Shown here piece by piece: positions 50,816 to 59,151 of a stretch of DNA of 64,000 nucleotides (within the stretch, counting starts at the first letter, position 1; every line of letters begins with the position of its first letter). Under the pieces are notes generated by a model. That model saw only the letters and a list, made by a program, of their open reading frames with translations, did not search any database and was not told where the DNA came from. This stretch comes from Kiritimatiellia bacterium (lineage in GTDB: Bacteria; Verrucomicrobiota; Kiritimatiellia; UBA8416; JABMPJ01): assembly GCA_016783675.1 (NCBI GenBank), contig JADHWE010000005.1, forward strand, positions 2,878 through 66,877. Reading direction: 5' to 3'. A program made the position numbers and the translations under genes.

Positions 50816-51805
50816 ATGTCTAATCATTCCGGATGTCGGCTGATCGTCGGTATTGCCGTGGCGCTGGCTCTGTCAGCGAGTTCTGTTTGGGCTCTGCATG
50901 CCAACGAAGGCGCTGAGCTGCCCCTCGTCGAGGGCAGTGGCATCTCTCTCTCCTTCAAGGGCTCGATCCTTGGTGTCGGGGGCGAAGCGCGCGAGTTTGT
51001 TTATGCCGGTTCAGCACAAGGGGATGTACCTGCCGACTACAAGGTGTCGGAGCTGATTTGGGATATCACCGCCCTGGCAATGGCTGGAGGAACGGTCTCG
51101 GCACAGCTTGGAGAGGATCTTCGCGTCAACGCCGGCATGTGGACTGGCCTGAACGAAGGCAGCGGCGGCATGGAGGATTACGACTGGCTCGATCCGAGCA
51201 TCAGCGACTGGACACACTTCTCCGACAGCGACGTAGACATCGAGTCGGCCTACAGCTTTGATATCAATGCCTCTTTGGATCTCTTTGAGCTCGGCCCGTT
51301 CATGGTTAGTGGCATCCTGGGCTACAAGCACGATTTCTGGGAGTGGAGCGATTACGGCGGCACATACATCTATTCGACCTCCGGGTTCCGCGATGACAGG
51401 GGCTCCTTCGGCGGGGAGAACGGCATCGACTATGAGCAGACGTTTGACATCCCGTACTTCGGGATCCAACTGGCCACGGAAGGCTCCAGCGTGCGTGCGT
51501 CGGGCTACTTCCTCTATAGCCCCCTCGTCGTGGCTGAAGACAAAGATCACCACATTCTGCGCAATCTCTACTTCCGCGAGGAGTTCGACGGTGGCGACTA
51601 CATTGCCGCGGGTGTCGACGTTACGATTGACCTGAGTGACACGTTCTTCATTTCCGGCTCCGTTGACGTGCAGATCATCCCCGAGTTCACCGGCGACTTG
51701 TACCAGCGGGAAGGTAAGGATGGGGAAGAAGGCATGGTTCCCGATGGCGCCGGCATCGAAAACTCGGTGGCCGCGATTGCCATCTCGGCGGGAATCCGCC
51801 TGTAG
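50816..51805 (+). CDS. Omptin-family (peptidase A26) outer-membrane protease homolog
   Basis: 329 aa with signal peptide. Collinear with E. coli OmpT from memory: MEDYDWLD vs MVDQDWMD (Asp83/Asp85 pair), GGTYIYSTSGFRDDRGSFGGENGIDYEQTFDIPYFG vs [44 protein letters not shown] vs DNDEHY (Asp210/His212), GAGIENSVAAIAISAGIRL vs GAGIENYNFITTAGLKYTF. Confidence 0.85.
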   Translation: MSNHSGCRLIVGIAVALALSASSVWALHANEGAELPLVEGSGISLSFKGSILGVGGEAREFVYAGSAQGDVPADYKVSELIWDITALAMAGGTVSAQLGEDLRVNAGMWTGLNEGSGGMEDYDWLDPSISDWTHFSDSDVDIESAYSFDINASLDLFELGPFMVSGILGYKHDFWEWSDYGGTYIYSTSGFRDDRGSFGGENGIDYEQTFDIPYFGIQLATEGSSVRASGYFLYSPLVVAEDKDHHILRNLYFREEFDGGDYIAAGVDVTIDLSDTFFISGSVDVQIIPEFTGDLYQREGKDGEEGMVPDGAGIENSVAAIAISAGIRL

Positions 51806-51830
51806 CAGCTAAGAACAGCGAGGGATTCGC

Positions 51831-53327
51831 ATGAACGATCTGTTAATGGACGCGGCTCTGACCATCGTGGCGTTCGCCGTCCTCAGTGGGGCCCTGTTTC
51901 TTCTGAAACGGATCAAGGCCGTGGCCCGGTTTCGCGGATCCCTCAACGTTCTCTTCCTGATCTCGTCGATCTCGTTCTTCATGCGCCCCCACATCGAGCA
52001 AGGGTACGTGCGGGCCGTTTACGCGGCCCTCTTCTGCACGTTTGCCTATATCGGCATCCGGTTGCTCGACATCCTGATATTTGATGTGCTGATCAGACAC
52101 CGGCGCGGCGGCCTGCCCGTTCCGGTGGTCTTACGTGCTTCGTTCCGTTGGGCGCTATTCTCCCTGGCTCTGTTTCTGATTATCAGGTCCATGTATCCCG
52201 GAGCCAATCTGACGGCATTGGGAATCTCTGCTGCGGTTATCGGCTATATCTTGGGTAATGCATCACAGGACACGCTTGGCAACTTGATTGCCGGATTGGC
52301 GCTGACCGGTGAGCGGCCGTTCTCAATCGGCGACTGGGTACGCGTGGGAGAGTTCGTCGGGCGCGTGACGGACATGACGTGGCGGGCGACGCGGCTCCAA
52401 ACCAAGATGCTCGACTACATCATCATCCCCAACTCCACGATTGCCCGAGAGTACATTGTCAACTACTCGCGCCCCACTCAGAGCCACGGTTTTACGCAGC
52501 AGATCGGTGTGAACTATGGCGTGCCGCCCAACAAGGTGCGCGCGTCTATCCTGCGCGCGTGCGCGGCCGTGCCCGAGATCCTGGCCGATCCGGCGCCGCT
52601 GGTCTGGCTCCATAACTACGGCGATTTCTCGATCGATTACACGGTCAAGTTCTTCATCCGCGAATTTGCCCGACTGGAACAGATCCAGAGCGACATGATG
52701 GATCGCGTCTGGTACGAGTTCAAACGCGAGGACATCGTGATCCCGTTCCCGATCCGCGACGTGCGTCCGATGAACGATGTGGAGGCGAAGATCGAGCGCG
52801 AGCATGCTGCTGCGGTCGAAGCCAGCAAGGAACTGCTCGCCGAGATTCCCATCTTCAGTCACCTCTCGAAGGAGGAGCGCGACCACGTGGCCGAACGCAT
52901 GGAGGAAAGGATTCACGGTGCTGGCGAAACTCTCGTGCGCAAGGGTGACGAGGGAAGTACGTTCTACATTATTCTAGAAGGAAGCACGTCTGTTCACCTG
53001 GGCACGGACACACGCTCGCCGCAAGTAGCCGTGCTCAAGCGTGGCGAGTACTTCGGCGAGATGAGCCTACTGACCGGTGAAGAACGCAGCGCCACGGTGG
53101 TGGCCGTCAACGATTGCCATGTGCTGGAGCTGTCGCACATTGTGCTCCGGGACCTGCTGAAAGAGAAGAAGAGCCTGGCAGAAGACTTCGCCAAGGCGCT
53201 CAAGGCGCGCGCGGACGAGCTTGCCAAGCTGCAGGAATCGGTGGACGCCGAGAGTCGTAAACGCGCCGGCGAACAACCGTCCGAGAAAGCGCTGCTCAGC
53301 AAGATCTGGGACTTCTTCGGAATCTGA
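51831..53327 (+). CDS. MscS-family mechanosensitive channel fused to a cyclic-nucleotide-binding domain
   Basis: 498 aa. TM segments, MscS core NASQDTLGNLIAGLALTGERPFSIGDWV, and C-terminal cNMP motif GEYFGEMSLLTGEERSATVVA. Confidence 0.88.
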   Translation: MNDLLMDAALTIVAFAVLSGALFLLKRIKAVARFRGSLNVLFLISSISFFMRPHIEQGYVRAVYAALFCTFAYIGIRLLDILIFDVLIRHRRGGLPVPVVLRASFRWALFSLALFLIIRSMYPGANLTALGISAAVIGYILGNASQDTLGNLIAGLALTGERPFSIGDWVRVGEFVGRVTDMTWRATRLQTKMLDYIIIPNSTIAREYIVNYSRPTQSHGFTQQIGVNYGVPPNKVRASILRACAAVPEILADPAPLVWLHNYGDFSIDYTVKFFIREFARLEQIQSDMMDRVWYEFKREDIVIPFPIRDVRPMNDVEAKIEREHAAAVEASKELLAEIPIFSHLSKEERDHVAERMEERIHGAGETLVRKGDEGSTFYIILEGSTSVHLGTDTRSPQVAVLKRGEYFGEMSLLTGEERSATVVAVNDCHVLELSHIVLRDLLKEKKSLAEDFAKALKARADELAKLQESVDAESRKRAGEQPSEKALLSKIWDFFGI

Positions 53328-53335
53328 AGCATTCA

Positions 53336-53398
53336 CATGGATGAACAGGATGAAGAGGATGTGCAGAGGCGCTATCCTACCTATCCTGTATATCCATG
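53336..53398. terminator. Imperfect hairpin built from oligomer-repeat arms between the convergent MscS and DUF362 genes
   Basis: CATGGATGAACAGGATGAAGAGGATG (53336-53361) versus the reverse complement of 53372-53398 (CATGGATATACAGGATAGGTAGGATAG). Blocks CATGGAT, ACAGGAT and AGGAT pair. Confidence 0.4.
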
Positions 53399-53418
53399 TT
53401 TGAGTCCGGGGATCCGGG

Positions 53419-54720
53419 CTATGACTCAGGCGTGACTTTCCGACGTTTCTTCGCCGCGAACTCGGGCGCTTCACGCATGCAGGTACCCAGCAGGCTCATG
53501 GATTTGCGCATGAGCTTCAGTGTCTCCGGTTTCAGCTCCATGGGATCGGCACCCACATCGTCCCAGCCTGCGCGTGACAGATCGTCGGCTGCAATCTCGA
53601 GCGCTTCCCAGTTATGGAAGAGACGGCCCCACTCGCTGTGCAGAATATCCTGCACGAGCTTCTGGTGCGCGGGGTACCAGTAGGTGTCGTGATAGAGCAC
53701 ACTGGCCATGTAGGCCCACGGGGCCAGGATGGTCTTCAAGGTCCACTCGATAGGTTTCTTGAGCGGGCCCCAGTAGATGCTGTGCTGCATCCGACTGGCG
53801 AAGGTCATTTTCTTGAACGGACCCACGAACTGCCAATCCTCCTTAAGCACATCAGGGTCTCCAACGATCTCAATATCGCGTACGTCGCCACACCCGAGGC
53901 CCAGCTCGTGGGCCAGGCGGATGAACTTGATGTCCTTGAGCGGATCAAATCCCATCAGCTTGGCAGCTACGGCATCGATCGCGACCTGGTCGGATGAGGC
54001 GAGCAGGACATTCTTGACGTGTGGAACCATGCAGCGCGGACCGGGGCCATCGCCGGCAAAGGTGCCGTCCATCACGGCGAAGAGGCCGCTGTGGATCTTC
54101 TTCTGAATCATGAGCAGATCCACGAGCGTCTCGTGAATGACCGGATGCGTCCAGTGGCGGCGTTCATTGAGCAGGCCGCCGAAGGCGTTCTTCATGGCGC
54201 CGGTGGTGGTGGTAAAGACGTGGGTCTTGATCGTTGGCAGGTGGATGATGTTGGAGCCGATGAACTTCTTCGGAATCATGAAGCCATCTTTGTAGACATC
54301 ATTCAGGCAGAGAAACTTGTCGGCCAGGTCGCCCACGGCATCGCGCACGTTGACCCACTCTTCACCTTCATAGAGATGGACGTTGCGCAGGCCGTGGTTG
54401 CGGATCACGTTGATCTGCTTGTTCTGTTCTTCGCCGAAGTGGGCGTCGATCACCACGGTGCGGTTGTGGCACCCGTGGATCAGGTTGGGATCATAGCCAT
54501 CGCGTTTCATGGCGCGGATCACGCCGTCGAGCTGCCAGGGCGTCGTCGAAGAGGCCGGCATGAAGAAGTGCCAACTGATGTTGATCTTGAGGGCGGTATC
54601 CTTGTCCTTGGGCAAGGCCTCCCGGTAGTCCGCCAGGTTCATCAGGCGGTGCGTGTCCTCAAGGACGGTGGCCGGCGAGGTGCGTAGGATAGCTACTTTT
54701 GATTTCATGCCCTCTATCAT
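53419..54720 (-). CDS. DUF362-like protein
   Basis: The ATG at 54720 follows GGAGGGG. SKVAILRTSPATVLEDTHRLM...DTALKINISW resembles the DUF362 N-terminus. Function unknown. Confidence 0.65.
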   Translation of the reverse strand: MIEGMKSKVAILRTSPATVLEDTHRLMNLADYREALPKDKDTALKINISWHFFMPASSTTPWQLDGVIRAMKRDGYDPNLIHGCHNRTVVIDAHFGEEQNKQINVIRNHGLRNVHLYEGEEWVNVRDAVGDLADKFLCLNDVYKDGFMIPKKFIGSNIIHLPTIKTHVFTTTTGAMKNAFGGLLNERRHWTHPVIHETLVDLLMIQKKIHSGLFAVMDGTFAGDGPGPRCMVPHVKNVLLASSDQVAIDAVAAKLMGFDPLKDIKFIRLAHELGLGCGDVRDIEIVGDPDVLKEDWQFVGPFKKMTFASRMQHSIYWGPLKKPIEWTLKTILAPWAYMASVLYHDTYWYPAHQKLVQDILHSEWGRLFHNWEALEIAADDLSRAGWDDVGADPMELKPETLKLMRKSMSLLGTCMREAPEFAAKKRRKVTPES

Positions 54721-54755
54721 ATCACCCCTCCGCCGCACCGCAACAGAGAGAGGTC

Positions 54756-54792
54756 AAAAAAAAGGACCGCAGAATTATGCATTCTGCGGTCC
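54756..54792 (-). terminator. Rho-independent terminator of the HU gene
   Basis: On the minus strand: GGACCGCAGAAT-gcata-ATTCTGCGGTCC followed by T8. Confidence 0.8.
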
Positions 54793-54811
54793 CCGGTTTG
54801 CTTCCAGCCAG

Positions 54812-55102
54812 TTACTTCTTGGCGGGAAGCACGGCATCCTTGGCCGCCTTGGCGATACGGAACTTCAGAACCGTCTTCGCCGGAATCTTGATGCTTTCAC
54901 CCGTGGCCGGGTTGCGACCCATGCGAGCCTTGCGGCGCACCTTCACGAGTTTGCCGATGCCGGGAATCGTGAACCCGTCCTTGGCGCCCTTGTACGCCAA
55001 CGTGGCGAGGCTCTCCAGGAATTCTTTAGCCTGCTTCTTGGTCAGGTCGTTCTGTTCGGCGAGCTTTGCGATGATCTGGGTCTTGGTCAGGGCTTTTGCC
55101 AT
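54812..55102 (-). CDS. hup: HU/IHF-family nucleoid-associated DNA-binding protein
   Basis: 96 aa. LTKKQAKEFLESL...GFTIPGIGKLVKVRRKARMGRNPATGESIKIPAKTVLKFR is a classic HU arm motif. Confidence 0.92.
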   Translation of the reverse strand: MAKALTKTQIIAKLAEQNDLTKKQAKEFLESLATLAYKGAKDGFTIPGIGKLVKVRRKARMGRNPATGESIKIPAKTVLKFRIAKAAKDAVLPAKK

Positions 55103-55234
55103 AACGGTAGTCCTCTGTGTTTTTGGTTGTTAGTAAACAAGGTGTGCCTTCTTGGCACTTCGGGAAAAGTAAGCGAAACGTTTGGACCAATGCAACCAGA
55201 ATGTCCAGCAATAGAAGGGTTTTTTCACGTTTGA

Positions 55235-56128
55235 CTATAACCAGAGGTTGCGGGGGTACCGTCCATCATCCACGAGCCGGCCAATCTCGGCCACCACACG
55301 CGCCTTATCCTCGGCGTAGGTAGTGCCAAACCAGGTGCAGGGAGTAGGCAAGACGTCGACGGTCACCTCCCCGCGTTTGATCATCGTATCGACAACGGTG
55401 GGCAGGAAAAACTCGACTTTCGGCTCCTCGCCGGATGCGGCCAGAAATCCCGCAAACTGTTTCTCGAGGGAGGCAAAGATGGAGGGCTTCAACGCCCACG
55501 TATTCATCGAAACGATCGCATCACCCGGGAAGGTCTCGCCCCGTTCCTCGGAACGGAACCGGGCGCCATCCGCCGTGATCGCGGTATGCTCGACGACGCC
55601 GACGAGCCGGCCGTCGCGCACGTCGCACACGCCGCGCGCCACTGAACCGTGGGCCGTAACCGTGTTGCGCAGCGTAAAGCCGGCCATGGCATAGCGTGTT
55701 GCATCGTCGGCCGTGTCTTGCAGGAACCGGCCCAGGACGACGAACGATTCGCGTCCATAGAAGTCATCGGCATTGATCACGGCAAACGGGGCATCCACGA
55801 CATCGCGGCAGACCAGCGTGGCGTGCGCGGTTCCCCAGGGCTTCTTTCGCTCGGCCGGCAGCGGATAGCCGTCCAGACACGCGGACATCTCCTGGCAGAC
55901 ATAGGCGGTTTCAATGTGTTCGCCGATACGGTTGCCCAGCACATTGCGAAAGGTCGCTTCAATGTCGCGGCGAACCACGAACACCACGCGCTCAAACCCG
56001 GCACGCATGGCGTCGTAGACCGAGTAATCGAGAATAAACTCACCCGAGGGGCCGACCGGGTCCATCTGCTTCAGCCCGCCATACCGACTCCCAATCCCCG
56101 CCGCCAGAACAACCAGAGTGTTTTTCAT
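55235..56128 (-). CDS. Sugar-phosphate nucleotidyltransferase family protein
   Basis: 297 aa. N-terminal LVVLAAGIGSRYGGLKQ matches the GxGxR NTP-transferase signature. Confidence 0.75.
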   Translation of the reverse strand: MKNTLVVLAAGIGSRYGGLKQMDPVGPSGEFILDYSVYDAMRAGFERVVFVVRRDIEATFRNVLGNRIGEHIETAYVCQEMSACLDGYPLPAERKKPWGTAHATLVCRDVVDAPFAVINADDFYGRESFVVLGRFLQDTADDATRYAMAGFTLRNTVTAHGSVARGVCDVRDGRLVGVVEHTAITADGARFRSEERGETFPGDAIVSMNTWALKPSIFASLEKQFAGFLAASGEEPKVEFFLPTVVDTMIKRGEVTVDVLPTPCTWFGTTYAEDKARVVAEIGRLVDDGRYPRNLWL

Positions 56129-56252
56129 GCGGGGCGTTATACTCTACTGCCCTCCCTCGATCAATACTCTACCTCTCTAATCTCCGTAACGGGGCTTGCA
56201 CGGCATACCGAAACGTGGTTGATTGCCTGATGGTTCAACCATTGAGGCTCCT

Positions 56253-58178
56253 ATGATCGCGGCCCAGTCCATTCCGGTGCTTGTCCTGGCCAGCATCACG
56301 CTGTATACGGGGGTCTACCATCTTCTGCTCTCCTATCGGCGCCGCCGTAAACGTACAGACGTCACATTTGCGCTGAGCTGTTTTGCGATGGGGATCTACG
56401 ACATCTTCTGTGCCGGGTTGTACAGTTCGACCACGGTCGAGTCCGGCATGATGTGGCAGCGCGTGCAGATGCTCTCGCTGTCTTTCGTCGGCATCACGTT
56501 TGTCTGGTTCTGTTCCGATTACACCGGCACCGTGTCGCGGCGGTTCCGCTGGGCCAGTACCGCCTTCTTTACAGCCATGGCGGCGACGATGGCCTTCGCA
56601 CCCGCCAACATCATTTTTCTCGTTGACCGGCCGGTGCTGCGGGCATACCGGTTCATGGGAAGTGCTGTGAGTTACCGCGAGGTCGAATTCTCGCTGGTGG
56701 GAGTAGGCTTCCATCTACTCTCTATTGTGGCCTTCATCTACATGTTGATCGTCGGGCTGCGTTTCTACCGGCGCGAGAGCCGGGCGCGCGCCGTTCCGCT
56801 TGTGGCCGCGCTGGTCTGCTTCTTTTTCGGGGCCGTGCATGACACGGGTGTGGCGGTCGGCATTGTCCAGTCGATCTACATCCTGGAATACTCCTACATG
56901 GGTATGGTGGTCCTGATGGCGGTTCGGCTGTCCACCGAAATCGCCGAGATATCCACAACCCGTGCACTCCTGAACGAGATGGAAGCGCGTTTCCGGGCCT
57001 TTTTCCATAATACAGCCGTTGGATTGGCGCTGACCGACCGTGATGGGATCATCAAGCGGGCCAACCCGGGCCTGTGCCAGATGTTCGGACAAACCGCCAA
57101 CACGCTTATCGGCGGAACCATACTCGATCATTTCTACTCCAACGACCGGGCCACGCTGCAGCGCATGGTGGACCGTATTCTCACGGGTGATGGCAACACG
57201 TTCCGCTCCGAGAAGCGATATGCCTGGCCCGATGGGAGTGTGTACTGGGGCGACATCTCGATCTCGACGGTCGGAAACGCCGGGGACGAAGATGAACTCG
57301 AAGGCCTGATTTGGATCATCGTGGGCATCACGGAACGCCGCCAAGCGGTCGATTCCATACGCTCTCTCAATGAGCAACTCGAGAACCGGGTGAATGAGCG
57401 CACGCGCACGCTGATTGCGACCAATCAACGGCTCGAAGAATCGCTGCAGAAGCTGCGCGACGACGAGGAAGCCGGAAAGTCGATCCAGACCAGCCTGCTG
57501 CCACCGGCGATTGAACAGATCGGGCCGCTGGTGTTCGCGCGGCACCTCGAACCTTCCTTCTACATGAGCGGTGACTTCGTTGATTACTTCCGCATAGACG
57601 CCCAGCACCTGGGTTTCTACATAGCGGATGTGTCTGGACATGGTGTCTCCTCGGCGTTCATCACGGTCCTGCTGAAAAGCTACATGTCCTATGCGCGGGA
57701 GCGGTTCATGAACGGCGAGGACCGGGTCGTGCTGAATCCCGGTATGCTTCTGACGCGGCTCAACACCGAGCTGCTCGGACAGGACGTCGGAAAACACCTT
57801 ACGCTCTTCTATGGCGTCGTAAACACGGAAACCAACCACTTGACGTTCTCCAATGGCGGACAATTTCCTTACCCGATCATGTTGACCGGCGGGAGCGCCG
57901 AAGGACTGAAGGTCAAGGGGACGCCCCTGGGTATGTTCCCGTTTTCTACCTATGAAAACGCGGAACTGGACCTGCCCCTATCGTTCGTCATGGTCTTCTT
58001 CTCTGATGGCGTACTCGAACTGCTCGATCAACCCGGCCTGATGGAGAAGCAGCACCACCTGGAAACCGTCGTCGGACGAAGCGATGGTGATATGGGACGC
58101 ATGGCAAAACGTCTTGCCCTGGCCGAAACCACCATGCCGCCGGACGACGTATCGATTCTCACGGTCCAGCGCATTTAA
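56253..58178 (+). CDS. Membrane sensor PP2C phosphatase (7TM sensor region, PAS, SpoIIE/RsbU-type phosphatase)
   Basis: The track start is a TTG at 56223. The ATG at 56253 follows GAGG. Seven hydrophobic segments. PAS region FFHNTAVGLALTDRDGIIKRANPGLCQMFG. PP2C motifs SGDFVDYF and YIADVSGHGVSSAF. Confidence 0.85.
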   Translation: MIAAQSIPVLVLASITLYTGVYHLLLSYRRRRKRTDVTFALSCFAMGIYDIFCAGLYSSTTVESGMMWQRVQMLSLSFVGITFVWFCSDYTGTVSRRFRWASTAFFTAMAATMAFAPANIIFLVDRPVLRAYRFMGSAVSYREVEFSLVGVGFHLLSIVAFIYMLIVGLRFYRRESRARAVPLVAALVCFFFGAVHDTGVAVGIVQSIYILEYSYMGMVVLMAVRLSTEIAEISTTRALLNEMEARFRAFFHNTAVGLALTDRDGIIKRANPGLCQMFGQTANTLIGGTILDHFYSNDRATLQRMVDRILTGDGNTFRSEKRYAWPDGSVYWGDISISTVGNAGDEDELEGLIWIIVGITERRQAVDSIRSLNEQLENRVNERTRTLIATNQRLEESLQKLRDDEEAGKSIQTSLLPPAIEQIGPLVFARHLEPSFYMSGDFVDYFRIDAQHLGFYIADVSGHGVSSAFITVLLKSYMSYARERFMNGEDRVVLNPGMLLTRLNTELLGQDVGKHLTLFYGVVNTETNHLTFSNGGQFPYPIMLTGGSAEGLKVKGTPLGMFPFSTYENAELDLPLSFVMVFFSDGVLELLDQPGLMEKQHHLETVVGRSDGDMGRMAKRLALAETTMPPDDVSILTVQRI

Positions 58179-58191
58179 CGCCCTCCGGGCT

Positions 58192-58226
58192 CCTTGAACC
58201 TTGAACCTCAAACCTTGTACCGAGTA
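58192..58226. repeat. Heptanucleotide tandem tract (CCTTGAA-type x4-5) between the PP2C and STAS genes
   Basis: CCTTGAA CCTTGAA CCTCAAA CCTTGTA CCGAGTA read directly. Confidence 0.7.
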
Positions 58227-58239
58227 TCCTTAGTTCATC

Positions 58240-58734
58240 GTGAGTGAATTCAACATACAGGCAGCAACCGAAGACGGTGTGTGTCACATCAGGTTGACCG
58301 GTCGTGTCACCTTCACGATGAGCCGTCGCTTCGATGCGTTCATCGAGGATGTGATCAAGCAGACGCTCTCCGACATCATCATCGACCTGTGCAAGGCCGA
58401 GCACATCGACAGCACCATCCTGGGGCTGTTGGCAAAGATTGCGCGCCGCTTCATTGCGCACCACCATCGCAAGCCGATACTGCTTTCCACAAGCGAAGAC
58501 ATCAATATCCTGCTCGACAACATGGGCTTCGAAGCTGCATTCGATATTCGTGACAGTGTTGACGCGGTGCCGTTCTACCTGGAAGATATCCCTTCGCTCG
58601 CAAAGTCGGTTCCGATGCCCGAAACGCTCCTTGAAGCGCACAGCGAGCTTATGGATCTTGACGAACGAAACGTCGACCGCTTCAAGACGACGGTTGAAAC
58701 GCTGCGCGACGCCGTGAAGCGCGAGTCATCATGA
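58240..58734 (+). CDS. STAS-domain protein (anti-sigma-factor-antagonist-like) with a C-terminal helical extension
   Basis: 164 aa, GTG start. IIIDLCKAEHIDSTILGLLAKI matches the STAS phospho-Ser loop region. Lies directly downstream of the PP2C gene. Confidence 0.78.
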   Translation: MSEFNIQAATEDGVCHIRLTGRVTFTMSRRFDAFIEDVIKQTLSDIIIDLCKAEHIDSTILGLLAKIARRFIAHHHRKPILLSTSEDINILLDNMGFEAAFDIRDSVDAVPFYLEDIPSLAKSVPMPETLLEAHSELMDLDERNVDRFKTTVETLRDAVKRESS

Positions 58735-58747
58735 TTTCAGAATCAGC

Positions 58748-58996
58748 ATGAAGAAAAGTGCCAAGCCCGTCCGAAAATGTCATGCCTGCCTCCTGAATCT
58801 TGGTGATCACTGTTGGGTCTACCACTATCCGCGCGGGCAGTGGCGCGATGGACGGCGCTGCCGCGCTTTCGATGACGAATCGCTTCACGAAGAATTCCGA
58901 ACCTGGCAGAAACAGCCCGACGTCAAGACACGACGAGAGCTGCGACAGGAATTCTTCCGCACCAAGCGCAAAGATGGAGTACAGGCCGGGAAGTAA
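58748..58996 (+). CDS. Small basic Cys-containing hypothetical protein (82 aa)
   Basis: CHACLLNLGDHC...C pattern (CxxC plus 2 Cys). Same strand, 13 nt after the STAS gene. Competing overlapping ORFs look compositionally spurious. No recognised family. Confidence 0.45.
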   Translation: MKKSAKPVRKCHACLLNLGDHCWVYHYPRGQWRDGRRCRAFDDESLHEEFRTWQKQPDVKTRRELRQEFFRTKRKDGVQAGK

Positions 58997-59003
58997 TGGA
59001 AGC

Positions 59004-59132
59004 CAATATCCAACATCCAACAAGGAATACCCAACGTCCAAGGGGGAGTGTGGTTGGCGAATGCTGCGTCTGTAGACATACCATTCGCACTGCACACGCA
59101 CTTGGATATTGGAAATTCCTTGTTGGATATTG
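59004..59132. repeat. MITE/REP-like palindromic element, copy B (129 bp)
   Basis: Same perfect 12-bp termini CAATATCCAACA (59004-59015) and TGTTGGATATTG (59121-59132) as copy A. Shared CAACAAGGAAT, GCGAATG...CCATTCGC stem and CTGCACACGCAC box. Arms are 7-nt periodic. Confidence 0.75.
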
Positions 59133-59151
59133 AGTATTCAAAGGAGCATCC

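Noticed and set aside
56715-57863. 382-aa reverse-strand ORF inside the PP2C sensor gene
   Set aside because: The forward frame carries PAS and SpoIIE motifs. The reverse translation is Arg/Val/His-rich with no features.
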